Positions 19,267 through 29,721 of a DNA stretch of 64,000 bases are shown here, in pieces. The translations under genes and the position numbers were made by a program. The notes below the pieces were generated by a model. That model ran no database searches. It saw only the letters and a list, made by a program, of their open reading frames with translations, and was not told the DNA's origin. How positions within the stretch are numbered: the first letter of the stretch is position 1; every line of letters starts with the position of its first letter. The stretch comes from Candidatus Hydrogenedentota bacterium (GTDB taxonomy: Bacteria; Hydrogenedentota; Hydrogenedentia; Hydrogenedentales; SLHB01): the NCBI GenBank assembly GCA_045863335.1, contig BTVY01000003.1:1-64000 (forward strand), in the 5' to 3' direction.

Positions 19267-20360
19267 GGCTTGAACGCGGCGATGCACCGCGCGATTTCCG
19301 GGATACATTCCAGCGGCAACTCGGGGTACATGGGGAGGGACAAGACGCGGTCGCAGGCCGCTTCGCTCACCGGGAACTGGCCGGGGCTGTATCCGAGATG
19401 GGCGTATGCCGTCTGCCGATGAATCGGGATGGGATAGTGGATGTAGGTCCCGATACCGTTTGCCTTGAGGTGCTCCTGTAAGGAATCGCGACGATCGTGG
19501 CGGATAACGTAAAGGTGGTAATTGGACTGCGCCCAATCCGCTTCCGCGGGAACGCTTACACCGGTGTTGGCGAGTTCGTGTCCGTATGCGGTAGCGCGGG
19601 TTTGCCGCGCCGCGTTCCATTCATTCAGATGACGCAGCTTTACGCGCAAGATGGCGGCCTGCAATTCGTCGAGCCGGCTGTTTACACCCTGGATTGTGTG
19701 ATGGTAGCGCGTTTCCTCGCCATAGTTGCGCAGCATCCGAACGCGTTCCGCGACATCTTCCCGGGACGTAAGAACAGCGCCGCCGTCGCCGTAGGCGCCG
19801 AGGTTTTTGCTGGGATAGAAACTGAAGGCGGCGGCGTCGCCCAGCGTGCCACACGGTTTGCCCTTGTAGAGAGCGCCGTGGGCTTGCGCGCAGTCCTCCA
19901 CGACGGCGATGCCACGATTGCGAGCGATTGCGACGATAGGGTCCATGTCGCAGGGGTGACCGTAAAGGTGAACCGGGACGACCGCGCGCGTCTTGGGCGT
20001 AATTGCTTCGGCGAAGCGTTCCGGGCACAACGTCAAGGTATTGGGATCGACATCGGCAAGCACCGGCGTTGCGCCTGTGGCTGCGATGCCGCAGAGGGTC
20101 GGCACGCAGGTGTTGGGAACGGTAACCACTTCGTCGCCCGGACCAATGCCGAGGGCGCGCAGCGCGAGATGAATGGCGTCTGTGCCTGAGGCGACGCCGA
20201 CCGCGTGTCCAGCCCCGAGGTACGCTGCGAATTCGGTCTCAAACGCACGCACCTGCTCGCCGAGGATGAACCATCCGCTCGCGAGAACGTCGTCAATCGC
20301 GGCGCGGATCTCCGGTTCAATGGCGGCGAACTGGGTCTTGAGTTCAACGTAGGGAATCAT
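19263..20360 (-). CDS. DegT/DnrJ/EryC1/StrS sugar aminotransferase
   Basis: SGTDA, EDCAQAHG, SFYPSKNLGAYGDGG, NSRLDE. Confidence 0.95.
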   Translation of the reverse strand: MIPYVELKTQFAAIEPEIRAAIDDVLASGWFILGEQVRAFETEFAAYLGAGHAVGVASGTDAIHLALRALGIGPGDEVVTVPNTCVPTLCGIAATGATPVLADVDPNTLTLCPERFAEAITPKTRAVVPVHLYGHPCDMDPIVAIARNRGIAVVEDCAQAHGALYKGKPCGTLGDAAAFSFYPSKNLGAYGDGGAVLTSREDVAERVRMLRNYGEETRYHHTIQGVNSRLDELQAAILRVKLRHLNEWNAARQTRATAYGHELANTGVSVPAEADWAQSNYHLYVIRHDRRDSLQEHLKANGIGTYIHYPIPIHRQTAYAHLGYSPGQFPVSEAACDRVLSLPMYPELPLECIPEIARCIAAFKP

Positions 20361-21118
20361 GTCGTGTCCGCCTTTCGGCTGCGCGACAGCTTGTAAAGCA
20401 ACACTTCCCGTATCCAAAGACCGCCCAGGTTCCACGCTACCCGGGCCAGTCGCGGAAAGTTGAAGAACTGCGACTTGCCGTGGGCGCGCTGATAGTGGTG
20501 CACCGGAACCTCGATGAACCGGAATCCGGCGCGATGGAACTTCGTCATCATTTCGGCGCAGATGACGCCGCTGTCGCTGGTCAGGGTGACGGTATCGAAG
20601 ACGCGGCGGCGTATGAGGCGAAAATCGCAGTCCGTATCGCGAATCTTCAGGCCGAAGGCGATTCGCACTAGCCAGTGGTAGATCCGGCCGATGATGATGC
20701 GGTGCAGGGGATCGTGGCGTTGAATCTTATATCCCTGCACGATGTCCACGTCGGGCCCGGCCCTCTTCAGCAGGAGTTCCAGTTCCCGGACGTCGTATTG
20801 GGCGTCGCCGTCAGTGTAGAAAATCCATTCCTTCGACCCCGACGCGAATCCGGTGCGCAATGCGCCGCCGTAGCCGCGGTTATTCTCGTGGCATACGACA
20901 TTCACCTGGGGAAACCGCGCTTCGATCTCCTTCAACAACTCTTTGGTGTGGGCATTGCTGCCGTCGTCGACAATCGTGAAGTCGTAATCGAGCCCGAGCC
21001 GTTCCGCGGTCTGTATCGTGAAGAGCGCCATGCTGCCCATCGTGCCCCAGTCCTGGTAGCAGGGGTAGAAGATGGAGACGGACGGCCGCTGCTCGTGTGT
21101 CTGATTCGGATGCGTCAT
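20357..21118 (-). CDS. GT2 polyprenol-phosphate glycosyltransferase (DPM1/ArnC-like)
   Basis: VDDGS, NRGYGGA, DGDAQY, DTDCDFRL. Confidence 0.9.
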   Translation of the reverse strand: MTHPNQTHEQRPSVSIFYPCYQDWGTMGSMALFTIQTAERLGLDYDFTIVDDGSNAHTKELLKEIEARFPQVNVVCHENNRGYGGALRTGFASGSKEWIFYTDGDAQYDVRELELLLKRAGPDVDIVQGYKIQRHDPLHRIIIGRIYHWLVRIAFGLKIRDTDCDFRLIRRRVFDTVTLTSDSGVICAEMMTKFHRAGFRFIEVPVHHYQRAHGKSQFFNFPRLARVAWNLGGLWIREVLLYKLSRSRKADTT

Positions 21119-22833
21119 CGTTTTCCTTTGACGACGGCGTAACGGCCGAACCGTTCGACCGTATCGACGCTATTCAATAGCATTTCCTGGCTGGCGGCGT
21201 CCACGATGACCAGAGGCGCCTTGGCGACAGCCTCGGATTGCGCGGGGATGCGCTTAACATGGCGGCCGGCGAGGAAGTTCAAGGTGCGCTCGATGGGGTA
21301 GAACGTGGTCGATAATTCCTGCTGCGCAGGGAGTGTCTCGACGTAGTGGGTCAAGGCGTATTCGTCCGCCATGTCGTTTCGCCGGTATATCCCGGACAGC
21401 TCCGCGCAGGCGTTGAATACGTAGGGCGCCAACACGGGGATGGCGAGAACCGTGCAGGCGATGCGCGTCGTCTGCTTACCGGAATTCCTCGCCCCGCGTA
21501 GGAGCATCCAAGCGAGAGGACCGGTGAAAACGGCGACGATGATGATGGCATACCAGAGATACCGGGGGATGTTGCCGGTTGTGAAGAAGACCCACCAGTA
21601 GGCAATGAAGGGGGCGAAGAAGAATAGCACTGCCGCCGCGGGATCGTAGCGCCGGTAGAAGACGACCGGAGCCGCTGCGATCATCGCGGCTATCGAGACA
21701 AGAACGGTCACGCCATGGCGAAGTAAGAAGCCGAGGGTGCGCGGCAAGGGATCGAAGCCGAACATGAGATTGTGCTTGTACATGCTCAGATGCCCGGCGG
21801 TCACGTCGGAGCCTTCGGGACGGTAGGCGTTCTGTATAGCGAGCCACCCGATGAGGATGGCCGACGCGCAGACTGCGGGTACGAGCAGATGGATCAGCTT
21901 TAGTTTTCGGAACGTGAGCCGGTCATAGACCAGTACGCCCAGGAAGGCCCAGAAGGCGAAAACCGCGAAGTATTTCGTGAGAATCATGAATCCGAAGCAG
22001 CACCCGGCCAGGATGGCGTTGAGGAAAACGAATCGTCCGTTCAGGGATTCGCGCCATAAGAGTAGGCCGAGCACGAGGAAGAAGAGGGCCGGCACTTCGC
22101 CGTAGAGCGAGCGGGCCAAATACGCGGAACCGAGCGCGGCTGTGGCGAGTAGCATGGCCGCGATCCCGGCGGGTGCGCCGAAGAGCGGCAGTACAATGCC
22201 GTAGAACGCGACGCACAGCGCGACGAAGTACAGGGCCATAATCAGCCGCCCGGAAAACAGGTCCGTATCACCGAGCCGCAGTGCGATGGCCACGGGCACG
22301 ATCACCGGCGGGCCCACCGAATCGTAGTCGTCGAACCACTCAAACCCAGCCTGTGGATGTCCGGACCCGTACACGCCGAACTCGGAAAGGTTGCGGGCCA
22401 CGATGAGGTGGTGAGATTCGTCCGGTTCGATGTGGGGATAGGTGCCGAGATATGGAATTGCGACCAGGGCAATGAGTGGGAGGCAGGCTGCAGCAGCCCA
22501 CGCCTGACGCATCTCGACTGTGAAAGCCGCCGTTTCCCCCGGGTCGTGGATCGAGTTCCAGACGCCGCGCTGGATGCGTAACCATCGGAGTGAGACCAAG
22601 GCCAAGAAGCCGAAGAGCAACCCCTTGACGAACAACTTCATCATGAAATGGGGTTCGTTCGGATCGTCCCAGGCGAGGAAGGCGATCCAAAGGGCGAATG
22701 ACGATACGGAAGTGAAACCGGAACAGATGAAGGTCGTTATCCAGAAGAGGGTTTTGAGGAGCCAGCGAATACGCGGCGTCCGGGATGGCGCGGCGTTGCC
22801 TGCTGTCAGTTCCAAGCCTTCCACCTCATCCAC
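21115..22833 (-). CDS. ArnT/PMT-like (GT-C) membrane glycosyltransferase; start uncertain (ORF open to 23052)
   Basis: Many TMs; PDE motif after the first TMs; YGEVP; LTKY. Confidence 0.75.
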   Translation of the reverse strand: MDEVEGLELTAGNAAPSRTPRIRWLLKTLFWITTFICSGFTSVSSFALWIAFLAWDDPNEPHFMMKLFVKGLLFGFLALVSLRWLRIQRGVWNSIHDPGETAAFTVEMRQAWAAAACLPLIALVAIPYLGTYPHIEPDESHHLIVARNLSEFGVYGSGHPQAGFEWFDDYDSVGPPVIVPVAIALRLGDTDLFSGRLIMALYFVALCVAFYGIVLPLFGAPAGIAAMLLATAALGSAYLARSLYGEVPALFFLVLGLLLWRESLNGRFVFLNAILAGCCFGFMILTKYFAVFAFWAFLGVLVYDRLTFRKLKLIHLLVPAVCASAILIGWLAIQNAYRPEGSDVTAGHLSMYKHNLMFGFDPLPRTLGFLLRHGVTVLVSIAAMIAAAPVVFYRRYDPAAAVLFFFAPFIAYWWVFFTTGNIPRYLWYAIIIVAVFTGPLAWMLLRGARNSGKQTTRIACTVLAIPVLAPYVFNACAELSGIYRRNDMADEYALTHYVETLPAQQELSTTFYPIERTLNFLAGRHVKRIPAQSEAVAKAPLVIVDAASQEMLLNSVDTVERFGRYAVVKGKR

Positions 22834-23128
22834 GTCGTCGCGTCCCCACCCTGCCGCTCGATTCGGCGATTCGCCGAGGTAGAGTATATCGTCGCGATCC
22901 GATGCGGACAAGCGGCGTAGTGCGAAGATGGAGCTCCGCGTTCCCCCCGCCTTCGCGAGGGTGACAGAGGGTGACGGGGAGGCGGGCGTCTGAGCGCGAG
23001 CGGGGTCTGTAAAGTTAGCGGCGGTTAGTCGGCTTAGTGGACGGACAATCACGCGTTCATCTGTGAGTTGTGCGGTTCGCGCCGACTTGGTATCGTGTGG
23101 TTTTCCATGGAGCGAGAGGAGTACAACC

Positions 23129-24088
23129 GTGCCGGAAAAGGGCTTGTTTCTTCAGAATGTCATCGCCGTCGTGTGGGATTTCGACCGCACGCTTTCCCCC
23201 TATTACATGCAAAAGCCGTTGTTCGATGCTTTCGACATCGACGAGGACATGTTCTGGCGCGAAGTGAACGCGTTGCCGGATTACTACAAGCGCGCGGGCA
23301 TCACCGTGCAGCGCGATACCTGCTATCTCGGTCACATGCTTTCATATGTCCGCGAAGGCCGCATGCCGGGATTGACGAACGCCAAACTGCGGGAGCTGGG
23401 CGGAAACCTGGTTTTTTATCCAGGCATCCCGGAACTCTTCGAGTTGCTGCGCGGAGTTTTGTTGCACTCGCGGTATGTGGAAAGCGATCTGCGGCTGGAG
23501 CACTACGTGGTCAGCACGGGCCTCGCGGAGATGATTCGCGGATCGGAAATTGCTCCGCATCTCGCCGGGATCTATGCGTCCGAGTTTGTTGAGGAACCAG
23601 CGAAACCTGGTGCGAACCTCTCCGGTAAACCGGGAATGGGTCCCATCAGCCAGATTGCGGGATTTCTCGACAACACGACGAAAACACGCGCTCTGTTTGA
23701 AATCAACAAGGGTGTGAATAAGGAACACAGCATCTCCGTGAACGACAGCATTCCGGAGGACGAGCGGCGTGTGCCGTTCAAGAACATGATCTATATCGCC
23801 GACGGCCCGAGCGACATTCCGTCTTTTTCGGTGGTGAAGAAGCATGGGGGACAGACCTGCGCGGTCTACGAGGCGGGGTCCAAGGCGAGTTTCGACCAGG
23901 CCCTGTCATTGCAGGAGAACGGGCGGGTCGCATTTATCGGCGAGGCGGATTACCGCGAAGAAAAGCCCACGTATATGTGGCTGCAACGGCAGGTGTCGCG
24001 CATGGCCGAACGCATGGTCGCCGAACGCAAGAAAACGTTTCAGAGCAAGGTGGGCCGTGGGCCCAATCATCTGTCCGACGCGGAGTAA
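23129..24088 (+). CDS. HAD-like hydrolase
   Basis: WDFDRTL, VVSTG, YIADGPSDIP; aggag before GTG 23129. Confidence 0.85.
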   Translation: MPEKGLFLQNVIAVVWDFDRTLSPYYMQKPLFDAFDIDEDMFWREVNALPDYYKRAGITVQRDTCYLGHMLSYVREGRMPGLTNAKLRELGGNLVFYPGIPELFELLRGVLLHSRYVESDLRLEHYVVSTGLAEMIRGSEIAPHLAGIYASEFVEEPAKPGANLSGKPGMGPISQIAGFLDNTTKTRALFEINKGVNKEHSISVNDSIPEDERRVPFKNMIYIADGPSDIPSFSVVKKHGGQTCAVYEAGSKASFDQALSLQENGRVAFIGEADYREEKPTYMWLQRQVSRMAERMVAERKKTFQSKVGRGPNHLSDAE

Positions 24089-24104
24089 CCGTTCAGGCGG
24101 ATGG

Positions 24105-24779
24105 TTACACCTCCGTGAGTCGGCCTTTGTTCATGTGATCTCTCAGACGCTCGAGTGGCCACTCCTCGAGCGCGTCGATGACGAGTCGGGCATGGTCCAG
24201 GTTGAGCAGGCGCGTGACGGGATTGGGAACTGCGACGCTGTAGATGCCCGCGCAGTTGGCGGCGAGGATGCCGTTGGGCGAATCCTCCAGCACGATCGCC
24301 TCCGAAGGCGCTATGGCCAGATCGCAGAGCACCGCGTGGAATAGATCGGGGGCGGGTTTTCCTTGCAGGCCGCTCTCGAAGCAACGGATGCAATCGAACC
24401 TGGTGCGCAAGTCAAACCGTTCCAGGTGCCCTTCCACCCAGTCGCGCGTGGCGCTGGATGCGACGGCCATTGACACACCCTGGTCTGCGCAGTCGGCCAT
24501 CAAGGATTCGATACCCGATCGTAAGGGCTGTTCGCTGACCAAGTTCAGAAAGCGAAGCCTGCGCCGCGCTTCGATCTCGGTCCGATCTACAGTCTCCTCC
24601 AAGAGCCGTTCCAGGAAGTCCACGGGATCAAATAAACCGGCGGGCGCGCCGATGCAATCCGCCCACACGGAGAGGGGCAACTCGACCCCAAACTCCGCGT
24701 ACACTTCCTGCCACGATTCATAATCGGGTGTTTCGGTGTCGAGGATGAGTCCGTCGAAATCGAAGATGACCAGCTTCAT
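24105..24779 (-). CDS. HAD-IA family phosphatase
   Basis: IFDFDGLILDTE, KPAPD, LEDSPNG. Confidence 0.9.
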   Translation of the reverse strand: MKLVIFDFDGLILDTETPDYESWQEVYAEFGVELPLSVWADCIGAPAGLFDPVDFLERLLEETVDRTEIEARRRLRFLNLVSEQPLRSGIESLMADCADQGVSMAVASSATRDWVEGHLERFDLRTRFDCIRCFESGLQGKPAPDLFHAVLCDLAIAPSEAIVLEDSPNGILAANCAGIYSVAVPNPVTRLLNLDHARLVIDALEEWPLERLRDHMNKGRLTEV

Positions 24780-24791
24780 ACTTCCGGTTAC

Positions 24792-24953
24792 TTAGATTGA
24801 AGGTTCGCGCGTGCAGATGACCATCGCGCCGATGATGCCGGGGATCCATCCGAGCAGCGTCAGCACGACGACCAGGAGAATGGAACCGCACCCCTTATCG
24901 TACACAGCAAGCGGCGGGAACAGAATGCAGACAATGGCTCGTAGAACGCTCAT
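24792..24953 (-). CDS. YqaE/Pmp3 family small membrane protein (53 aa, absent from the ORF track)
   Basis: MSVLRAIVCILFPPLAVYDKGCGSILLVVVLTLLGWIPGIIGAMVICTREPSI; ggagga RBS. Confidence 0.9.
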   Translation of the reverse strand: MSVLRAIVCILFPPLAVYDKGCGSILLVVVLTLLGWIPGIIGAMVICTREPSI

Positions 24954-24996
24954 GTTGGTTCAGTCCTCCCGTAGATTAAGTATTAGCGAATTCGTT

Positions 24997-25147
24997 ACAT
25001 CCCCCTTCAAAGGGGGAATGGGCTGCAATGCTTCGCATTGCGTCTTCAAATCGGAGGGAACTACGGTGCGGTATGAGTATTCGCAGTAAGCGATCGACCG
25101 CACCGGTAGGCAATTCCCCCTTTGAAGGGGGATCAAGGGGGATGTTC
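24997..25147. repeat. Inverted pair of CCCCCTTCAAAGGGGG REPs (MITE-like)
   Basis: Left copy 24997-25019, right inverted copy 25113-25147. Confidence 0.85.
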
Positions 25148-25211
25148 TTCGACTTAAACAGAGATCACCGTGTTGATTCAATTTTCCGCTTCGGCTCCAC
25201 CGAAATCACCT

Positions 25212-26561
25212 TTATGCGCCGCGAAGGTCTGTGATATCCGTTTCATACCCTTCGATGCGGTTTCCCTCGATTATATTGTCGCCGGCTTCTGCGCCGATTC
25301 GGATCGCGATGCGCGATGCAGGACCGCGCGTTTCGCGAATCTCGTTTCGCGCGATGGTGTTGCCCCTAGTAACACCCTGGATGTCCACTCCAATTCCTTC
25401 TTCTGCGCCGCTGTCGACGATCCGGTTGTTTTCGACCCTATTCCCGGTGGCCGTGTAGCCTTCGCCGCGTTCGGGCCGGAAGAGCACGCCGCAGACGCCG
25501 CTGCGCACGACGTCGTTATCGCGCACGATGTTCTCGTTGTCCCGATGGCCGATGGAGATGCCGGCGGTGGCGATATCCGAAATGGCGTTCTTCTCGGCAA
25601 GACCATATTTCACGCCCCAGCAAAAGAAGATGCCGATGTTGTTTCGCTCGATCCGGTTATTCCGGATGATCGGGCGCTGCGAACCCGAGCCGGGGTGCAT
25701 GCCAAGGTCGGCGTTGTCGTGACTGTGGCAGTTCTCGACGAGCACATCGTGACAGATCTGCCAACTGAACCCGTCGCCATTGTAGCTGCGCGAGGTCACC
25801 CCGCGGAAGATGAGCTGACTGCAGTCCTGCATCCAGATGCCGCCCGCGTAGTTGCCGTTGAGGTTGGGGTTGTTGGCGCGATTGCCGTCCAAGGCGATGT
25901 TTTCGATGACGATGCCGGAGGCGTATTCGGCTGTGAGGAGTGGGAAGAGGGATGACACCGTGGGCGTCGTGTCCATCCAGAAGTTTTCGCGCAGGGCCTT
26001 GTCCAACTTGAAGCGGTTGCCGCTGCGCGCAACCAGGGTGCGTTTGACCACCTGCTGCCCGCCATGGTGCGGGTTCTTGCACTGGAGACAGATGCCGTCG
26101 CCGACTTCGAATCCCGACGCATCCGCGAGCGTGATCTCCTGGTCGTACCAGTCGGAGTCCTCGGCGATGGTGGTTTCCACGCAGGGTTCCTTCACGAGAA
26201 CCGAATCCAGGCCGCTCCCCAGAATCCGGACGCCGGATGGAATGTACACTGCGTTCCGCATGCGGTACTCGCCGGGAAGCACTTGCACCGTCCCCCCGCC
26301 CATCCGCGCCACGTAGTCCACCGCGGCCTGGATAACCTTGTCCGATGCGCCAACGAGATCGGCTTTATCCGGTCCGGCCGTGATGGTCAGGCGCTGTTCC
26401 CATTCGGGTTCCACGGCCCCGTCGCCGGAAGTGGCTCGGGGGTGCGTCACCTCCGGCAGGTCCGCGGCGCTTACCAGACCGGCCCAGGCAACGCTCGCCG
26501 CAACGCCGGAAAGCGTACGAAACATATCGCGACGGGTAAGTTCGTCTTGCGGATAATGCAT
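25212..26561 (-). CDS. Tat-exported right-handed beta-helix (pectin-lyase fold) protein
   Basis: TRRDMF Tat motif; IQAAVD; Asn-ladder repeats. Confidence 0.85.
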   Translation of the reverse strand: MHYPQDELTRRDMFRTLSGVAASVAWAGLVSAADLPEVTHPRATSGDGAVEPEWEQRLTITAGPDKADLVGASDKVIQAAVDYVARMGGGTVQVLPGEYRMRNAVYIPSGVRILGSGLDSVLVKEPCVETTIAEDSDWYDQEITLADASGFEVGDGICLQCKNPHHGGQQVVKRTLVARSGNRFKLDKALRENFWMDTTPTVSSLFPLLTAEYASGIVIENIALDGNRANNPNLNGNYAGGIWMQDCSQLIFRGVTSRSYNGDGFSWQICHDVLVENCHSHDNADLGMHPGSGSQRPIIRNNRIERNNIGIFFCWGVKYGLAEKNAISDIATAGISIGHRDNENIVRDNDVVRSGVCGVLFRPERGEGYTATGNRVENNRIVDSGAEEGIGVDIQGVTRGNTIARNEIRETRGPASRIAIRIGAEAGDNIIEGNRIEGYETDITDLRGA

Positions 26562-26671
26562 TCTGATTTCCTCGCGGTTCTATGCAAAATGATACCGCAT
26601 GATCATAGCGGATCATGCTGCTCTATGCTAAAATCATGAATACAACCGACATAAGTTGTTTGGAGGAATCC

Positions 26672-26863
26672 ATGGCCTCGCTGAAGTATGTCTATTGGGA
26701 AGACGCCAATATGTGGCTGGGGTATCTCGAAGAGTTTCCCGACTATATGACCCAAGGCGAAAGTCTCGAAGAACTCCGGGAGAATCTCCGAGACATCTAT
26801 AAAGATTTGTCCAGCGGCGAGATTCCTGGTGTGCGGCGTGTTGCGGAACTCCAGATTCCATGA
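26672..26863 (+). CDS. hicB: HicB-family antitoxin (short form)
   Basis: YLEEFPDYMTQGESLEELRENL; ggagg RBS. Confidence 0.85.
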   Translation: MASLKYVYWEDANMWLGYLEEFPDYMTQGESLEELRENLRDIYKDLSSGEIPGVRRVAELQIP

Positions 26864-27036
26864 AGCGTGTAGATCTCGTGAAGCAGCTCCAGGATTTGAA
26901 CTGCGAGTTGATTCGTCATGGTGGAAGACACGATTGGTATCAGAATCCGCGCACGGGCGCTTGTCAGCCAGTTCCACGTCATCGGGAAATCAATGAGAAT
27001 CTCGCCAAACAGATTCTTCGACGTCTACGTGACTGA
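26860..27036 (+). CDS. hicA: HicA-family toxin (58 aa, absent from the ORF track)
   Basis: MKRVDLVKQL...RHGGRHDWY...VPRHREINENLAKQI; ATGA overlap with hicB. Confidence 0.9.
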   Translation: MKRVDLVKQLQDLNCELIRHGGRHDWYQNPRTGACQPVPRHREINENLAKQILRRLRD

Positions 27037-27107
27037 GTATCGTTATCATCGGACACTTTTATGAGGTCGCAACGACTTACAGATTTTCACGGTCTAGAGC
27101 CTTCTCC

Positions 27108-29009
27108 TTAATGTTCGAAACTCCATAACCTTCGAATGAACTCGCCTCGACTTGACACTTCGCCTATAGTCTCGACACTGAGACCCCTCTCTTCGGCCAG
27201 CGCAATCCATGCTTCGCGTGTGTTCTCATCTAGCGGCGCATCCAGGTCCACCGCATGGCGCGGGAACGCTTCGTAGTATTGTCCGATGACCGGTTCGCCG
27301 CGTTGGCCGTACTTGAAGGTCGCGCCTTCTTGGGGTAAGTCCAGCGCAATGAAACCGCCGAGGCTGCCCCACCATTGCACGGCGGCGAAGTCGGGGGAAT
27401 CCTCCCGGACGTCCGAAGTGTAGATGGTCGCGGCGCCGGTTTGGTGTAAGCGCTCGCGAATGGACGCGGGCGACACGTCCGGCAAGGTCTTGCCCGACTC
27501 CAGCGCCAATCCAACCGCTTCGCCGGCGGCCTGGCCGAGGGACATCCATATGGGTTCCAGGCGAAGCGCGCAGAAGCCTACGTGCGATGCGGAGCAGGCG
27601 ACCGGCACGGCGAGGTTGTCCAGGTTTATGGGGAGTATCGTGCCGTAGGGGATTTGGTAGGGCGCGGTGCCCTTGTAGAACTCGCCCGTATGCTCGCCGC
27701 CGTAACGCGGGCCTTCGTGATCCGTGCCGTGACAGTTCAAGCCGTAGTCGCCCATGGCGATGGCGTCGGGTTGGAACACGGCGCGCGCGCCCTCGCTGCC
27801 CGGCGCGCGATCCGTGTCGCGTTGAATGAACACATGGCGGCCGAGCATGCGGCGCGCTTCGCGCACGTAGAGTTGCTCGGGCAGATGCTGGTTGTCCACG
27901 TATTCGTCGCGGCAGAAACCCCACTGTTGCGCCTCCTCGCGGAACCGCGCGGGCACGGCTTCGTCGTGTTGCAGGAAGTACAACATGCCAACATTGTGCC
28001 GGACGTGCTCCGCGAAGATGGCGTCCCGCGTGGCGGCGTCGCCCTCGGGCCAGGCGTCGTTGATGTCCGGCAGGGAGAGCCGCACGACGCCGCGCGACAC
28101 GTCGTTGATGTCGCGCTTGCCGTTGGGGAGCTTCGGCGTCTGGCGCTTGTAGATGCCGCCCGGCATGTCGTCAAAGGCATCGCCGAAGATGCGTTCGATG
28201 CTGCCGTTTTCCAGCAGGGGGAGCAGCGCGACGTAGTCTTCGCGATTGTAGCCTTCCGGCATGGGGACGGGCGCGCGGTTTTCCGGCACGTCCGTCATGG
28301 TGAGACGGAAGTTGTAACCCTGCACCTGGCGGTCCGCCTCCAGCGGCGCGAGCGATTCATCGTAGTCGTCGCGGCTTTCGCGCCCCACGAAGTACGGGAC
28401 GCCCGCCGCCGCCATGAGATCGCCCTCATAGGTGGCATCCACGAAATACTTCGCGGTAAGCGTCACCGTGGAATCCGGTGACGTGAACGAACACGACACA
28501 ACGCGACCGTCCGAGGTCTCCACGGATTCCAAGCAATGTTGCTTGAGAACGGTGATACCCGGTAATGCGTCGAGCATTTCGCGGAGCACGCTGTGATTGA
28601 CCTCCGGTCCGGCGTGCGTGCCGGACAAGCTGTCCTTCACCTGCTGCGAATCCGGGCCGTACTTCCCGGCGTAATGCCGTTCGACCCGCTGGTTCACTTC
28701 GAGGAAGAGACCGGTCCGCCCTTCAAAGGTCCGGAAATCCGGGTGGGTCAACCCATTCGTCATCAACCCGCCGACCCGCCGGTACCGCGTCACCAGGGCC
28801 ACCCGCAGCTCCGGGTCGCGCCGCCCAATCGGAACCGCCGCCGCAATCCCCGCCGGCGTCGCACCGTAGATGACGACGTCGTAGGCCTGCGGTTCTGGCT
28901 CGTCGGCTTTGGCTGAGAACGGGTGGACTGCGAACACGAAGGCAAGGGCAATCGCCATACCATGCAGGTTGCGGGGTATTCCATAGGTCCGTGTGGTCAG
29001 CTCATGCAT
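27108..29009 (-). CDS. Exported FAD-dependent oxidoreductase (FAD_oxidored family); start may be 28958
   Basis: DVVIYGATPAGIAAA, DATYEGDL, LYVREARR, SHVGFCALRLEP. Confidence 0.9.
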   Translation of the reverse strand: MHELTTRTYGIPRNLHGMAIALAFVFAVHPFSAKADEPEPQAYDVVIYGATPAGIAAAVPIGRRDPELRVALVTRYRRVGGLMTNGLTHPDFRTFEGRTGLFLEVNQRVERHYAGKYGPDSQQVKDSLSGTHAGPEVNHSVLREMLDALPGITVLKQHCLESVETSDGRVVSCSFTSPDSTVTLTAKYFVDATYEGDLMAAAGVPYFVGRESRDDYDESLAPLEADRQVQGYNFRLTMTDVPENRAPVPMPEGYNREDYVALLPLLENGSIERIFGDAFDDMPGGIYKRQTPKLPNGKRDINDVSRGVVRLSLPDINDAWPEGDAATRDAIFAEHVRHNVGMLYFLQHDEAVPARFREEAQQWGFCRDEYVDNQHLPEQLYVREARRMLGRHVFIQRDTDRAPGSEGARAVFQPDAIAMGDYGLNCHGTDHEGPRYGGEHTGEFYKGTAPYQIPYGTILPINLDNLAVPVACSASHVGFCALRLEPIWMSLGQAAGEAVGLALESGKTLPDVSPASIRERLHQTGAATIYTSDVREDSPDFAAVQWWGSLGGFIALDLPQEGATFKYGQRGEPVIGQYYEAFPRHAVDLDAPLDENTREAWIALAEERGLSVETIGEVSSRGEFIRRLWSFEH

Positions 29010-29721
29010 CGATCAGCCTCGTTTTTTGTTTTCGCATCGTTCGATTGAGGCGGACGCCCGTGCGTTCAAGATAGCGGAAGGAAGCGATTGTCGAGTACGA
29101 ACCGCTGACGCGTCCGTCGGAGTGGAGTATCTGCCAGTCCTCGACGGCCGATTCGGGTACGTCGTACAGGTCTGCCAACTCGCCTTCATGGGAATAAGGT
29201 TCGTTCAAGAGGGACACTTCGAAGGAACCCTCGTCATACCCGTGCACGTATCCCCAAAGATGTTCCGTCACGCCTTGGTCGGTAATGAACGGAAACTTGA
29301 TGGACGCGTTCTTCTCATCGCGCATAACTTGCTCGATGAACTGGGGCAATCGCGCCCGAGCTTCTGACACCGAATCTCGCAATTCCGGGGAGTCGTAGTC
29401 GATATCCTGATCTGCGATCCCCAACTCGACACCGCGAATCCAGAGCCAGCCAATCGCAACCATGGAGATTGGGAGGCCAACGCCAAAGACGATACGCGGG
29501 ATGTTTGACACACCCAGTTGTGAAGTAGCGATGAGGTACCCCGCGAACGCCAGAATCGCGAGTCCGATAGTCAGGACGACCATGCCGAGCATGGCCTGCA
29601 CCGATCGTCCGATAAACCCGGGGCGGTCTTTCAGCCAAAGTATGAAGGCAGCCAGGGCGAAGGAGCCCAGGATGAGGATTCCGGCGATTACGAAGATGTC
29701 TAGAAGGGATTCGTCTTGCAT
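29002..29721 (-). CDS. Membrane protein with DUF2314 (YegJ-like) domain
   Basis: 3 N-terminal TMs; EHLW, LLNEP, VEDW, GSYS. Confidence 0.7.
   Translation of the reverse strand: MQDESLLDIFVIAGILILGSFALAAFILWLKDRPGFIGRSVQAMLGMVVLTIGLAILAFAGYLIATSQLGVSNIPRIVFGVGLPISMVAIGWLWIRGVELGIADQDIDYDSPELRDSVSEARARLPQFIEQVMRDEKNASIKFPFITDQGVTEHLWGYVHGYDEGSFEVSLLNEPYSHEGELADLYDVPESAVEDWQILHSDGRVSGSYSTIASFRYLERTGVRLNRTMRKQKTRLIDA

Noticed and set aside
19267-19620. N-terminal extension of the methyltransferase ORF
   Set aside because: Overlaps the DegT gene; the GTGA coupling at 19266 marks the likelier start
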